Notes: generated by a model from the sequence alone, not told the origin. Positions 30,148-40,176 are shown, numbered from the stretch's first letter. The stretch: DNA of 64,000 nt from Pyrodictiaceae archaeon (GCA_027036135.1 JALVSY010000007.1:516880-580879); one strand, 5' to 3'. Program-made: numbers and translations.

Positions 30148-30831
30148 ATGAAGAAGCTCAGAATAGTCCTGGTAGAGTCGCCGCTTGAGCTAGTACCCCG
30201 GGAGATATGGAGTCATCCACAGGTAAGGAGATATGCTAAGCGATTCGAGATAGAGCCAGGCGAGACCCTGCTAGACAAGACCTACCATTATTACGCTATG
30301 GCCGGGCTAGAGGAGAAATGGAAGCGCGGTAGACCCGACATAGTGCACTTCTCCCTACTCCTGCTACAGGATAGCCTGCTCAACCAGAGAGGCCTCCTAG
30401 AGACCTATGTACACGTGAGGGATGGACGTGTCTACTACGTTAGGCCCGAGACCAGGCTACCAAAACACTACGATAGGTTCAAGGGGCTCATGGCCCAGCT
30501 ACTAATCCACGACAAGCTCCCACCCGGTAGCGAGGAGCCACTCATAGAGAAAACCGCTGATAACCTAGAGGAGCTAACGAGACGCCTAGGAGGCCTCATA
30601 CTACTCTGGGAGAGAGGCGAGCCAAAGCCCCTCAGCCACATAGTAGAAGAGGCAATTCAGGAAGAACTCCCCATAGGCGTGGGGATGTTCCCGCGAGGAG
30701 ACTTCAGCAAGAAAGCGCTCAGGCTCGCCACGCGCAGGTACCGGCTAAGGGTAAACATGTCCCTCAAGGCATGGAGTGTGCTCCACTACGTCCTCTGCGA
30801 GGCAGAGAAGCAACTAGGAATAAGGCTATGA
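30148..30831 (+). CDS. nep1: 16S rRNA pseudouridine N1-methyltransferase Nep1
   Basis: ESPLELVP, RGRPDIVH, RLPKHYDRFKGLMAQLL, FPRGDF. Confidence 0.9.
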   Translation: MKKLRIVLVESPLELVPREIWSHPQVRRYAKRFEIEPGETLLDKTYHYYAMAGLEEKWKRGRPDIVHFSLLLLQDSLLNQRGLLETYVHVRDGRVYYVRPETRLPKHYDRFKGLMAQLLIHDKLPPGSEEPLIEKTADNLEELTRRLGGLILLWERGEPKPLSHIVEEAIQEELPIGVGMFPRGDFSKKALRLATRRYRLRVNMSLKAWSVLHYVLCEAEKQLGIRL

Positions 30832-30852
30832 CAGAGACAATAAGGAACCCAG

Positions 30853-31080
30853 TTATACAACGACAGGTATCCGGGCCCTTCTCAGCAGCTCGCGGAACTC
30901 TTCCAGGGAGAGGCCAGCGAGCCTAGCAGCAGTTCTTATATCGCCCTTCTCTATGTAGTATTTGAGTGCTTCTTTTATCCTTGGTGGCTGCTTCTCTATG
31001 AAGTCCCAGTCGGCCATACTCCTCCTAATCCTCCTAGCTTCTTCCTCTTCCTCGAGAATTTCTGCTAGCTCTGCTTGCAT
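30853..31080 (-). CDS. UPF0175-like antitoxin (downstream copy)
   Basis: C-terminal HTH AARLAGLSLEEFRELL; adjacent to a PIN gene. Confidence 0.75.
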   Translation of the reverse strand: MQAELAEILEEEEEARRIRRSMADWDFIEKQPPRIKEALKYYIEKGDIRTAARLAGLSLEEFRELLRRARIPVVV

Positions 31081-31803
31081 AGCTTCTCTACCTCCTCTAC
31101 TGCTTTGTTTAGCGCCTTAGAGGGGAATATGTGTAGCGTATCATTGCTATACTCGTCGAAAATGCTGCGAGGGTTATCGCAATCCGGTCGTAGTATTCCT
31201 CGCTTTGTTGCCTCCAGGAGTATCTCTAATGCCCTCCACACCTTTACGCCTCTTAATTCTCGTAGAAGCCGTGGCGCTAATAGGGCTGCACGATTCTCGG
31301 TCAATACTATGTAGCCTCTCCTTCTTCCAATAACTAGGCATAGGGCCTCCGGGAGATCCATTGACGGCATTTGTGGGTGGAGGTGGCTCAGCTCGATGAG
31401 TCTACGCGCTTCCTCGATCTCGTCGGGCGAGGGTGTGTAGAGTGCTAGGGCTCCCTGTGCAAGCCCATGCGCAATCCATGCTATTGTGTTTTCGGATTTA
31501 ACCTCGTTCAGTACCTGCTCCGGGACGAATACTGCACGGAAGAGTTGGAAGAGAATGTCTCTACGCCTATAGCGGGCCCAGTCTATAAGGAAGCAAGTAT
31601 CTGCTATCGCGAACATGTTACGCGACATTAGGTATCCTCGCCTTTATGCGTAGCTCGTTGAACTCCTCTATGGTCAGGCCAGCTATGCGGGATGCTACGT
31701 AGAGATCACCGGTCTCTATGTAGTATTTGAGTGCTTCTTTTATCCTTGGTGGCTGCTTCTCTATGAAGTCCCAGTCGGCCATACTCCTCCTAATCCTCCT
31801 AGC
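30948..31803. repeat. 91-bp identical direct repeat (30948-31038 and 31713-31803)
   Basis: Base-by-base identity inside the two antitoxin genes flanking the PIN gene. Confidence 0.9.
31065..31628 (-). CDS. vapC: PIN-domain protein
   Basis: IADTCFLID, VPEQVLNE, DLPEA, VLTEN. Confidence 0.8.
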   Translation of the reverse strand: MSRNMFAIADTCFLIDWARYRRRDILFQLFRAVFVPEQVLNEVKSENTIAWIAHGLAQGALALYTPSPDEIEEARRLIELSHLHPQMPSMDLPEALCLVIGRRRGYIVLTENRAALLAPRLLRELRGVKVWRALEILLEATKRGILRPDCDNPRSIFDEYSNDTLHIFPSKALNKAVEEVEKLCKQS

Positions 31804-31845
31804 CTCCTCGGCGCTAACCACGTAGACGTTCTCTGAAGCAGACAC
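31618..31845 (-). CDS. UPF0175-like antitoxin (upstream copy)
   Basis: Paralog of 30853-31080 with a divergent HTH (ASRIAGLTIEEFNEL). Confidence 0.75.
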   Translation of the reverse strand: MSASENVYVVSAEEARRIRRSMADWDFIEKQPPRIKEALKYYIETGDLYVASRIAGLTIEEFNELRIKARIPNVA

Positions 31846-31957
31846 GCTTGCCCCCTAACTTGTTTAAGAACCTTGTAGCGGGTTTTAGCCTTATAGCGGA
31901 AAAGGAAGGAGCCATGCTCTGCTTGGGCATCGCTGTGGTTTACTAGGTTCTTGTATG

Positions 31958-32977
31958 CTATGGCCTTAGTCTGGGTACTCTCGTGGCTAGCTCGGAAAGA
32001 ATAGCCTCGCCGACCTCTCTCGTTGAGTGGTTCCCGCCTAGGTCGGGTGTCGTCATCCTCTTCCCCCATATCACCTTTTCTATTGACTCGCTGAGCGCCT
32101 CAGCAATGACCAGTAGTTCTTGGTCGCCATGCTCTTGGCCGAGGTATTCTAGGAGGTACTGTGTAGCTCTTAGAGCCGATACGGGGTTAGCTATCCCCTT
32201 ACCAGCTATATCCATGCCTGTTCCATGGATGGGCTCGAATAGTGCTCCTCTCTCCCCGAGCTGTGCGGAGGCGAACAAGCCTATGCTGCCAGCAATGGCT
32301 GCTGCTATATCGCTCAGTATGTCTCCGTACTGGTTGAGCGCGACAAGCACGCCGAGCCCACTAGGGTTCTTGACAATATGGTAGGCAGCGCTATCGACCA
32401 GCAAGTCCGTGGCCTCTACGCCGGGGTAGTTTCTCGCAGTGTTGTAGAACTCTTCGAGGAATAATCCATCAGTTGCACGGAGAACAGTAGCCTTATGTAC
32501 AGCTATTACCCTTTTATACCCTAGTCTCTTTGCCTGCTCGAACCCGGTCCTAGCTATTCTCCGTGCAGCTCTCCGCGTAACAATCTTCAGCGCTACAGCA
32601 ACGTCGCCGAACACGCCCTCGACTCCAGAGTATATTCCTTCGGAGCTCTCACGCACAATTACTAGGTGTGTGTTCTCTGTCTCGAATCTCCGGATATCAG
32701 CGTAGATTCCTAGCAGTCTCCTTAGCTGGAGAGTTATGCTCCTATACCCGCCCCGGCTAGGGGTAGCCAATGGCCCCTTAATGACGGCGTCGGCGCTTAG
32801 CACTAGTTCCTCGAACTCACTTGGATAGGGCTGCCCCGTCTCCTTATAGTAGGCTAGCCCCGCCTCTACGCGGACAAGCTCTATGCTATCTATACCCGAG
32901 AGCAACTTCTCAGCGAAAACCATTATCTCGGGGCCGACACCGTCGCCGGGGATCAGTACTACACGGTACCGGGGCAT
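31958..32977 (-). CDS. isocitrate/isopropylmalate dehydrogenase family protein
   Basis: IPGDGVGPEI, IVRE, HKA, YGDILSD, FEPIHG..DIAGKGIANP. Confidence 0.9.
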   Translation of the reverse strand: MPRYRVVLIPGDGVGPEIMVFAEKLLSGIDSIELVRVEAGLAYYKETGQPYPSEFEELVLSADAVIKGPLATPSRGGYRSITLQLRRLLGIYADIRRFETENTHLVIVRESSEGIYSGVEGVFGDVAVALKIVTRRAARRIARTGFEQAKRLGYKRVIAVHKATVLRATDGLFLEEFYNTARNYPGVEATDLLVDSAAYHIVKNPSGLGVLVALNQYGDILSDIAAAIAGSIGLFASAQLGERGALFEPIHGTGMDIAGKGIANPVSALRATQYLLEYLGQEHGDQELLVIAEALSESIEKVIWGKRMTTPDLGGNHSTREVGEAILSELATRVPRLRP

Positions 32978-32983
32978 CGCTTC

Positions 32984-33496
32984 TCACCATGGTAGCCTCC
33001 CATGCCTCTTAACGTACTCAACGAGTCCGCCTGCCCTAAGTATGCTGAGCAACGGCTCCTCTAGCCCAGCGACTCGCTCCACGACGCCCCGTGTAACATT
33101 AGTCACTATGCCCTCCTCAATCCTGACCTCAACGATGTCTCCCTGCTCCGTGACATCGGGGACCCTCTTAGCAACTATGACGGGCAGCCCAGAGTTAATA
33201 GCATTCCTATAGAATATCCTGTGAAAGCTCTTAGCCATGACCGCCCCGATGTCAATCATTTTTAGTAGCCTAGCGGCGTGCTCCCTGCTACTTCCATAGC
33301 CAAAGCCCTCGCCAGCAACAATCACGTCACCGGGGCGCACCTTCTCGTAGAACCCGGGAATGACGTCAGCAAACACGTAGGGGAGCATGTCTTCTAAGCG
33401 CCCCATCTTACTATACTTGTACTTCCCGCTAATGATGTGATCCGTGGTAATGTTGTCTCCCAGGACCCATGCCCTGCCACGAACAACAAGGCTCAT
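32984..33496 (-). CDS. LeuD/HacB-type aconitase-family small subunit
   Basis: GDNITTDHII, GYGSSREHA, SFHRIFYRNAIN. Confidence 0.9.
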   Translation of the reverse strand: MSLVVRGRAWVLGDNITTDHIISGKYKYSKMGRLEDMLPYVFADVIPGFYEKVRPGDVIVAGEGFGYGSSREHAARLLKMIDIGAVMAKSFHRIFYRNAINSGLPVIVAKRVPDVTEQGDIVEVRIEEGIVTNVTRGVVERVAGLEEPLLSILRAGGLVEYVKRHGRLPW

Positions 33497-33527
33497 AGCC
33501 TGCTCATCCCTAGGGCAATGATTGGTC

Positions 33528-34796
33528 TTAGATGAGGCTTCTTGGGTCAGTTATTCTACCCGTTACCGCCGCCGCGGCAGCAGTTAACGGGCTAGCCAGG
33601 TAGACCTTGGAGTCGCGGTGCCCCATTCTCCCAACAAAGTTCCGGTTACTAGTACTGATAGCAGTCTCGCCCTCGCCTAGTAGGCCGAAGTGGGCACCGA
33701 GGCACGGGCCACATGTACCATATGTTACTACACACCCAGCTTCCGCGAGAACATCTATTATCCCATCCCTAGATAGTTCTTGGAAGACGCGCCTAGATGC
33801 TGGCACAGCTATGCATCTCACACTCTCCCGTACATGGTGCCTCCTAAGTATGCGCGCAGCGGCCACGAAGTCCTCGTAGCGCCCATTAGTACAGCTCCCA
33901 ATGAACACCTGGTCCACCTCTATCCCCTCTACCTCGGCTACTGCTTTGACATTGTCTACCCTTGGCGGCGCAGCGACGAGGGGCTCTAGGCTACCCAGCT
34001 CCAGTTCTAGCTCATCACTGTACTCCGCGCTGGCATCAGGGTAGAGCCTTGGAGCCTCAACATCATATTTCTCTAGGAGTGTCTTGGCGGTGAGCTCGTC
34101 TACTGGGAAGAGGCCGAGCTTAGCCCCGGCCTCAACAACCATGTTGCTAACTGTGAGCCTTGCCGCGAGGCTGAGTGCCTCCAAGTCGCCCTGAAACTCG
34201 AGAGCCTTATAGATGGCACCGTTAGCGCCCAGCACGGATACGAGTTTCAGGGCGACATCCTTTCCCATAACGCCTCGCGGTAGCTCAGCACCGCTAAGCC
34301 TTACACGCACCTGCTCGGGTACACGTATCCAAGCCTTACCGGAGACAGCTGCTACAGCAGCATCAGTGCTACCGACACCGGTAGCAAAGGAGCCAACTGC
34401 GCCAAGGGTAACTGTGTGGCTATCAGCGCCAAGGATTATTCTCCAAGGCCGTGCATAGCCCTCCTCAACCATCACCTGGTGACTAATACCCCGGCCAACA
34501 TCGTGTAGCCTAACTCCATGCTTCTTGGCGAATCTTCTCATCTCTTGGTGGACCAGGGCAGCAGCCACACTAGGAGCAGGCGCTGCATGGTCTATGAATA
34601 GTATAAGCCTTCCCGGATCGACCTGGTCCTCCATGCCCATTTCCCGGAGAACACGTAGCGCCAAAGGAAAGGTACCATCATGCATATAGACGTAGTCGAT
34701 AGGAACCACTACATGTTCCCCGGGTGACGGCGCCTTACCCAGCCTCTTAGCCAGAATCTTCTCAGTCATAGTAAGGGCTGGCAACGCAGTGCTCAC
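33528..34796 (-). CDS. LeuC/HacA-type aconitase-family large subunit
   Basis: DSHT, IGSCTNGR, CGPCLG, STSNRNFVGRMG. Confidence 0.92.
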   Translation of the reverse strand: MSTALPALTMTEKILAKRLGKAPSPGEHVVVPIDYVYMHDGTFPLALRVLREMGMEDQVDPGRLILFIDHAAPAPSVAAALVHQEMRRFAKKHGVRLHDVGRGISHQVMVEEGYARPWRIILGADSHTVTLGAVGSFATGVGSTDAAVAAVSGKAWIRVPEQVRVRLSGAELPRGVMGKDVALKLVSVLGANGAIYKALEFQGDLEALSLAARLTVSNMVVEAGAKLGLFPVDELTAKTLLEKYDVEAPRLYPDASAEYSDELELELGSLEPLVAAPPRVDNVKAVAEVEGIEVDQVFIGSCTNGRYEDFVAAARILRRHHVRESVRCIAVPASRRVFQELSRDGIIDVLAEAGCVVTYGTCGPCLGAHFGLLGEGETAISTSNRNFVGRMGHRDSKVYLASPLTAAAAAVTGRITDPRSLI

Positions 34797-36064
34797 TCCC
34801 CCATCGTTATCTCGGGGAAGTACCTGGTAGCTATCTCGTAGAGCTCCTCGTCGCTAAGCGAGCCCTGCTTCTCCCCCCTCTCATAGAGCCCAACAATCTC
34901 CTCGTGCATAGCTGCTACACGTGGATCATTCTTGTCAACTCTCTTCCCCACCTCAGGGAACCTGAGGCGGAGCCAGGCAACAATCGCTGCACGGCCACCA
35001 TACGCGTTAACCTCTATGCCGGGACGGCGCCCGACAAGACTAGGGTTGAAAGGCAAGTATATCTCCGGGTTCTTGAGCAAACCATCAATATGTATACCGG
35101 CCTTGGTGTTGAACACGTTACGGCCAACAATCGGCTGAAACTCTGGGACACGGTACCCGATCTCCTCAAAGAACCTAGCTACCCGGGGCAACACGGAGAG
35201 ATCTACATCGCCGCTACGCCCGGTCAAGCCAACGTAGTGAACAAGCATTACCTCTAATGGGCAGTTCCCAGCCCTCTCGCCTATACCGAAGAGCGTGCAG
35301 TTACTGTAATCGGCGCCGTAAATCCACGCAGCAAGGTGATTGGCCACGACGAGGCCGAAATCGTTATGCCCATGAAACTCTAGCTGGTGCGAGCCAAGCC
35401 CCAGCTCCCTGAGCCTCCTTATGAGCGCTGGTATTCCCCGTGGGAGGGGAACATCCGGGTACGGGAGGCCAAGCCCAAGGGTATCGGAGAGTCTGAACCG
35501 GATAGGTGTCCCGTACTCCTCGCTAAGCCTCAGAAGCCTCTCCACAAGAGGCCTAATGTTTGTCTCGAAGCTGGCCCGCGTCACGTCCTCGAGGGCGCAG
35601 CGAACAGTTATTCCCCTGCGAAGGGCCTCACCAATAACACTAACATACTTCTCCAACGCCCGCTGTCGATCAACGCCGAGCTTGTAGTAGATATGGTAAT
35701 CACTTATACTAGCAAGGATAATTGTCTCGTCAAACCCTGCCTCAAGCACGAGCCTCAAGTCATTAAAACTAGACCTTATCCACGCCACCGGCCTAGGCCT
35801 CTCAGCGCCATACTCTTGTATACGCCTAGCTAGCTCCCTGTCACGACTAGTATAGAGAAACAACTCCGTAGACTCTATAGCGCCCCTGCCGCCGAGCTCT
35901 ACGAGGAACTCGTATATCCTCAACCCCTCCTCGACACGCAGCGGCCTCCAACCCTGTTGCCCATCCCTAAGCGTGGTATCGGTAACAGCGAGCCTACGCC
36001 CAGCAAGTAACCCGTCAACGGGTATACGGGGGAAATCACTGTACGGAAAAACATCGTGGAACAA
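34793..36064 (-). CDS. DRE-TIM metallolyase, Re-citrate-synthase-like
   Basis: DTTLRDGQQ, SDYHIYYKL, LEDVTRA, DTLGLGLPYP..LPRGIP, HGHNDFG, GIGERAGN, AGIHIDG. Confidence 0.8.
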   Translation of the reverse strand: MFHDVFPYSDFPRIPVDGLLAGRRLAVTDTTLRDGQQGWRPLRVEEGLRIYEFLVELGGRGAIESTELFLYTSRDRELARRIQEYGAERPRPVAWIRSSFNDLRLVLEAGFDETIILASISDYHIYYKLGVDRQRALEKYVSVIGEALRRGITVRCALEDVTRASFETNIRPLVERLLRLSEEYGTPIRFRLSDTLGLGLPYPDVPLPRGIPALIRRLRELGLGSHQLEFHGHNDFGLVVANHLAAWIYGADYSNCTLFGIGERAGNCPLEVMLVHYVGLTGRSGDVDLSVLPRVARFFEEIGYRVPEFQPIVGRNVFNTKAGIHIDGLLKNPEIYLPFNPSLVGRRPGIEVNAYGGRAAIVAWLRLRFPEVGKRVDKNDPRVAAMHEEIVGLYERGEKQGSLSDEELYEIATRYFPEITMGE

Positions 36065-36434
36065 CCTAGCTTCTCCAAGCCTATCCCTATGCCGACTTAA
36101 TGCAGAGCCACCCCGCTCACATCTAATCCGATGCGAACTCTATGCGGCAAGAAGCGCCCAGTGCAGGGAATAAAGACACAAACCGTGATAGAGGGTACGA
36201 ATCCAAGTAAAATCTCTAAGAAAAACCGTACCAGAAACGTACACCGAGCATGAAACGCAGAGGAAGAAATTCACCCGGATTAATGAAACAATACGAAGTA
36301 GATCCGCACCACTCCACAAGCACGCAGCATATAGGATGAATTAATAACGTATTAGCATCGGCTAGAGGAAAGAGAACTAGAGAACAAGAAAGAAGATACA
36401 AAAGATCCCGGAAACCTTACTAGCTCTACTAGTT

Positions 36435-36518
36435 AAAGGGATGAAGAACTTTCGGTCGCCCCGAGGCAGTGCCACGGGGCGTATATGTGGTGAGGAATTT
36501 TCCTCCCCCTGACCCTTT
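36435..36518 (+). ncRNA. box C/D sRNA candidate
   Basis: Terminal stem AAAGGG/CCCTTT; box C ATGAAGA 36441-47; D' CCGA 36461-64; C' GTGAGGA 36490-96; box D CTGA 36509-12; 12-13 nt guides. Confidence 0.65.
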
Positions 36519-36661
36519 GTTTCCAATTCACTATACTTCATAACTGTTGATATTATGGTGCGGCAGTAAACTAGAATGAGTGATGTGTTTCTTGATCAGC
36601 GTTATTATTGTCCTATTATATTAATTAGTGTGGGTCCCTCTCCGACTAAAATGGTGGGGCT

Positions 36662-36934
36662 ATGGCTCTTCGTGTTAAGGTCGATGAGAAGGGTAGGATA
36701 ACGTTACCTAAGGAAGTGCGTGTGGCACTTGGTATAAGACCGGGGGATGAATTGTCAATAGATATTGTTGGAGAGAAAATAGTTATTGAGAAGAGTACTA
36801 ACCCCTTTGAGAAGCTAGGCAAGCTCCTCGGCGATATATCGTTTAGTAGGAAATTACGTCTCGTGGCTGAGCAAGAGGCTCTGAAGAGCATTAGGGAGAG
36901 GCTGAGTAAAAATGCCGAGGAAGTATCTGCTTGA
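36662..36934 (+). CDS. vapB: AbrB/MazE-type antitoxin
   Basis: KVDEKGRITLPKEVR..LGI.PGD. Confidence 0.9.
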   Translation: MALRVKVDEKGRITLPKEVRVALGIRPGDELSIDIVGEKIVIEKSTNPFEKLGKLLGDISFSRKLRLVAEQEALKSIRERLSKNAEEVSA

Positions 36935-37328
36935 GACGGGCTTCCTATTAGCTCTTAACCCCAATGATAGGAATCATGATTGGGCTATGGAAGTCCTTAA
37001 CAAAGCCAGGGAAGGAGGATTCAAAATCTGTATATCGCCAGCTGCACCGATAGAGATTTCGCTGATGTTAAGAAGCAGAGGAGTGAGTGATGACATTATA
37101 GCAGAGGTGTTCAAGGCAATGGATGACGCAATAAGTCTTTATACAGAACCAGAGTATTGTAGCCTAACGCTAAGACACCTTGCTTATGCCGCGGAGCTAC
37201 GATCGAAGTACCGAGGCTTGACCTTCTTTGATTCAGTGCATGCTGCGATAGCCATTACTAATAGGCTAATATATCTTGATCTAGACACTGTCGTACGAAA
37301 AGTAGTTGAGTCTGAAATGGGGCACTAA
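36912..37328 (+). CDS. vapC: VapC PIN-domain toxin
   Basis: LLETGFL..LNPND, E, LTFFDSVHAA, DLD; overlaps the antitoxin. Confidence 0.85.
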   Translation: MPRKYLLETGFLLALNPNDRNHDWAMEVLNKAREGGFKICISPAAPIEISLMLRSRGVSDDIIAEVFKAMDDAISLYTEPEYCSLTLRHLAYAAELRSKYRGLTFFDSVHAAIAITNRLIYLDLDTVVRKVVESEMGH

Positions 37329-37392
37329 TGTAGAGCTTGTATAGCCTCCTATATGTTGGGAGCGCAAAAGTAAGCAATTGTGGCACAAGATC

Positions 37393-38187
37393 TTAGCTTC
37401 CAATTATTAGTGGGTCTGTACTCGTTATCCTCCTTAGGAGCTCTATTACTGAGAGTGCTGCTAGCCAGCTCGTCCTCGGATTAGTCTTGCTGGGCACATT
37501 CTCTACCCTTATCTCTATCCGTGAAGCCTTTGACTCGACTAGTATTATGTGAGTGTTCCTCTCGACACTGGGGTCAACTATTACTTCTACTTCGGCTTCT
37601 TTGCCCGCTGCTAGGCTTAGGGCTGCAGCGACGTTGACGTTGAAGGGGAATCGCTTCACGGCCTCCCTCGCGGGGCCGTGGTAGAGTACTTTTCTCTCCT
37701 TGGCCTCGATGCCTAAGCTTCTCGGCGGCTTAATAGTCCTCAGCACTACCCTGTCTATGCCTACTGTTCTTAGTGCCCTCACAGCGTCTAGCCCAGCTAT
37801 TGCCCCCGTGGGCGCGTATATCTTGGCCCCGGTCTTCTTAGCGGTGGCTACGAGTTTTTCTCTTAGCTCGTCGTCGAGTAGTGCTCCAACGCTTAGGATC
37901 ACGAGGTTTATCCCGTGGGAGAGTATCTCTTCGCCGTACTGTCTTACTGCTTCCTGGCTAGCAGCCTCTATTACATAGTCCATGCTGTGTTCTAGGAACT
38001 CTTTGAGCGAGGTAGTGATCGGTACTTCTTTCCCTAGCCTCTCTTTTAGCTTCTCGCACTTCTCGGGATAAATATCCATCATTACTACTAGGTCTGCGTC
38101 CACAATGCCGCTGCCGAGGGCCCCGACGATCTCTGAGGCTATTGCGCCGCACCCTATGAGGCCTATGCAGGGCCTAGCATTGTTCAA
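37393..38187 (-). CDS. nadX: L-aspartate dehydrogenase
   Basis: GCGAI, EAASQ, SVGAL, GAIAGLD, NVNVAA, NPRTS; nadA/nadC context. Confidence 0.93.
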   Translation of the reverse strand: MNNARPCIGLIGCGAIASEIVGALGSGIVDADLVVMMDIYPEKCEKLKERLGKEVPITTSLKEFLEHSMDYVIEAASQEAVRQYGEEILSHGINLVILSVGALLDDELREKLVATAKKTGAKIYAPTGAIAGLDAVRALRTVGIDRVVLRTIKPPRSLGIEAKERKVLYHGPAREAVKRFPFNVNVAAALSLAAGKEAEVEVIVDPSVERNTHIILVESKASRIEIRVENVPSKTNPRTSWLAALSVIELLRRITSTDPLIIGS

Positions 38188-39055
38188 CTCTCTTCATCTC
38201 CGCGGAGAGATCGATTCTCTCCGGGTGGTAGAAGGGATAACTGGTACTAATCACGTCTACCCCGCTCGCGGCGTACACGGCTATGTTCCAGGGCCCTATA
38301 CCGCCACTAGCCTCCACCAATACCTTGTCGCGTAGCCCGCTCTCCTCGAGCAAGCGGAGAGCCTGCCTAACCTCGTCCGGGGACATGTTGTCCAGCATGA
38401 CTATGTCTGCTCCGAGCCTCGCAGCAAGCACGGCATCCTCGGGCCTAGACACCTCAACCTCTAGTTTGTGTGCAAAGCTCTTCCTCTCAACAGCTCTCCT
38501 CAGGGCTTCCTCGAGGCTACCTATTATCTCCACGTGGCTATCCTTGACTATGAGTGCATCGCTTAGTCCCCAGCGGTGGGTGTCGCCTCCACCGTGGCGG
38601 AAGGCTAGCTTGGCGCAGAGCCGGAACCCTGGGGGAGTCTTGCGAGTAGCGGCTACTCTTACCCTACTGTTAAGCCTTCTAGCCATTAGTACGAGGCGCT
38701 GCGTAGCAGTAGCAATACCCGAGGCATACATGAGTAAGTCGAGCAGAGTTCTCTCAAGCAACAAGAGGTCGCGCGCACTCCCGCGTATGCGCATAACTAC
38801 GTTTCCTTCGTGGAACCATTGCCCGCTCTCAACGTGCTCGAGTACCCGTAGGCCGAGAAGCTCCAGGGCCTCAGCGGCCTCGGAAGTACAGGAGGCGACA
38901 CCACTGCTCTTAGCCCTTATAATCATCTCTGCACAGTCATCGCGTATGCCGAGAGCCTCGGTGGTAGCATCAATGTAGGGCGCGTCCTCCTTTATCCAGT
39001 GAAGCAGCTCCTCCGCTATCCTCCGGGACCAGAGCCCCGGGGACAGCCTCGTCAA
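38174..39055 (-). CDS. nadC: quinolinate phosphoribosyltransferase
   Basis: SGIATAT, TRKT.PG, HRWGLSD, EVEV, MLDN, EASGGI. Confidence 0.95.
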   Translation of the reverse strand: MTRLSPGLWSRRIAEELLHWIKEDAPYIDATTEALGIRDDCAEMIIRAKSSGVASCTSEAAEALELLGLRVLEHVESGQWFHEGNVVMRIRGSARDLLLLERTLLDLLMYASGIATATQRLVLMARRLNSRVRVAATRKTPPGFRLCAKLAFRHGGGDTHRWGLSDALIVKDSHVEIIGSLEEALRRAVERKSFAHKLEVEVSRPEDAVLAARLGADIVMLDNMSPDEVRQALRLLEESGLRDKVLVEASGGIGPWNIAVYAASGVDVISTSYPFYHPERIDLSAEMKRVEQC

Positions 39056-39124
39056 GGCTGCGGCACCACCTAGCGGGCAAGGAGACCTTCAGTGGAGAGA
39101 CGCGCATGTGTGGAATCCACCGTG

Positions 39125-40072
39125 TTATTTCCTCGGCTTCTTGCCTACTAGCTCTAGTCCCCTCTCAACAGCTTCCCGTGCCCTCTTCGCTATATTGCTT
39201 GGTATCTCTACTTGGGGCTTCAGTGTCTCTAAGCTGTGGACTATCTTCTCTAGAGTGATCTTCTTCATGTCTATGCAGACTGTCCGTACTGATACAGGAT
39301 AGATAGTAGCCTCTGGGTAGAGACGCTTAGCCCGGTAGGCGAGGCCCTCCTCGGTCCCAATTATGTAGGAGCCCTTGGGGTCTGTGCGGCCTATGTAGCG
39401 GAGCATCTGGCTAGTACTACCAATATACTCTGCGAGCCTGCGAGCTTCGCGAGGCGCCTCGGGGTGTACTAGTACTCGTGCCTCGGGGTGCTGCTCCTTC
39501 GCGAGTCTAACGTAGTACCCGCTCACAAGGTACTCGTGAACCGGGCAACGACCATGCCTCGGTACCGGGATTACTTGTTTCTCGGGCACGTTTTCCTGGA
39601 CCCATTCGGCGAGGTTCTTATCGGGCGCGAAGAGTACCTTCTCAGCCTCGAGCCTCTTCACGGCATCTATGGCCGAGGCACTGGTGACCACGTAGTCTGC
39701 CTCCGCCTTGGCCTCCACATAAGAGTTCACATAGATAACGAGGGGCGCACCGGGATGCTCCTGCTTAGCCTCGCGGAGCAGCCTAGGAGTCGCGAAGCTG
39801 GCTAGTGGGCACCCAGCAGCGGGCTCGGGGTGAAGAACTATGCGGTCAGGGTTAAGGAGCTTAGCAACCTCTGCCATGAAGCGTACCCCGGCCAAGACTA
39901 TTACGTCTGCCTCGGTCTCCATAGCCTTTATCGCTAGCTCGAGGCTATCCCCAACATAATCAGCGGCATCCTGTATCTCCGGGAGCATATAGTTATGTGC
40001 AAGGATTACTGCTCGTCGCTCACGCTTAAGCTTCTCAAGCCTGTCAAGGAGCATTTTAACATAAGTACTCAC
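39125..40072 (-). CDS. nadA: quinolinate synthase
   Basis: LAHNY, GDSL, GVRFMAE, AGC, YVNS, CPVH, HPE, C.DMKK. Confidence 0.95.
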   Translation of the reverse strand: MSTYVKMLLDRLEKLKRERRAVILAHNYMLPEIQDAADYVGDSLELAIKAMETEADVIVLAGVRFMAEVAKLLNPDRIVLHPEPAAGCPLASFATPRLLREAKQEHPGAPLVIYVNSYVEAKAEADYVVTSASAIDAVKRLEAEKVLFAPDKNLAEWVQENVPEKQVIPVPRHGRCPVHEYLVSGYYVRLAKEQHPEARVLVHPEAPREARRLAEYIGSTSQMLRYIGRTDPKGSYIIGTEEGLAYRAKRLYPEATIYPVSVRTVCIDMKKITLEKIVHSLETLKPQVEIPSNIAKRAREAVERGLELVGKKPRK

Positions 40073-40176
40073 TATTTACACCCAAGTTAAACACGCAGCC
40101 CAGGCCCAATAATAAGAACGGCGGTATCTAAGCCTGCCAACTAGATGAGGACCATTCACGGAGGAGGCGATTAGCC

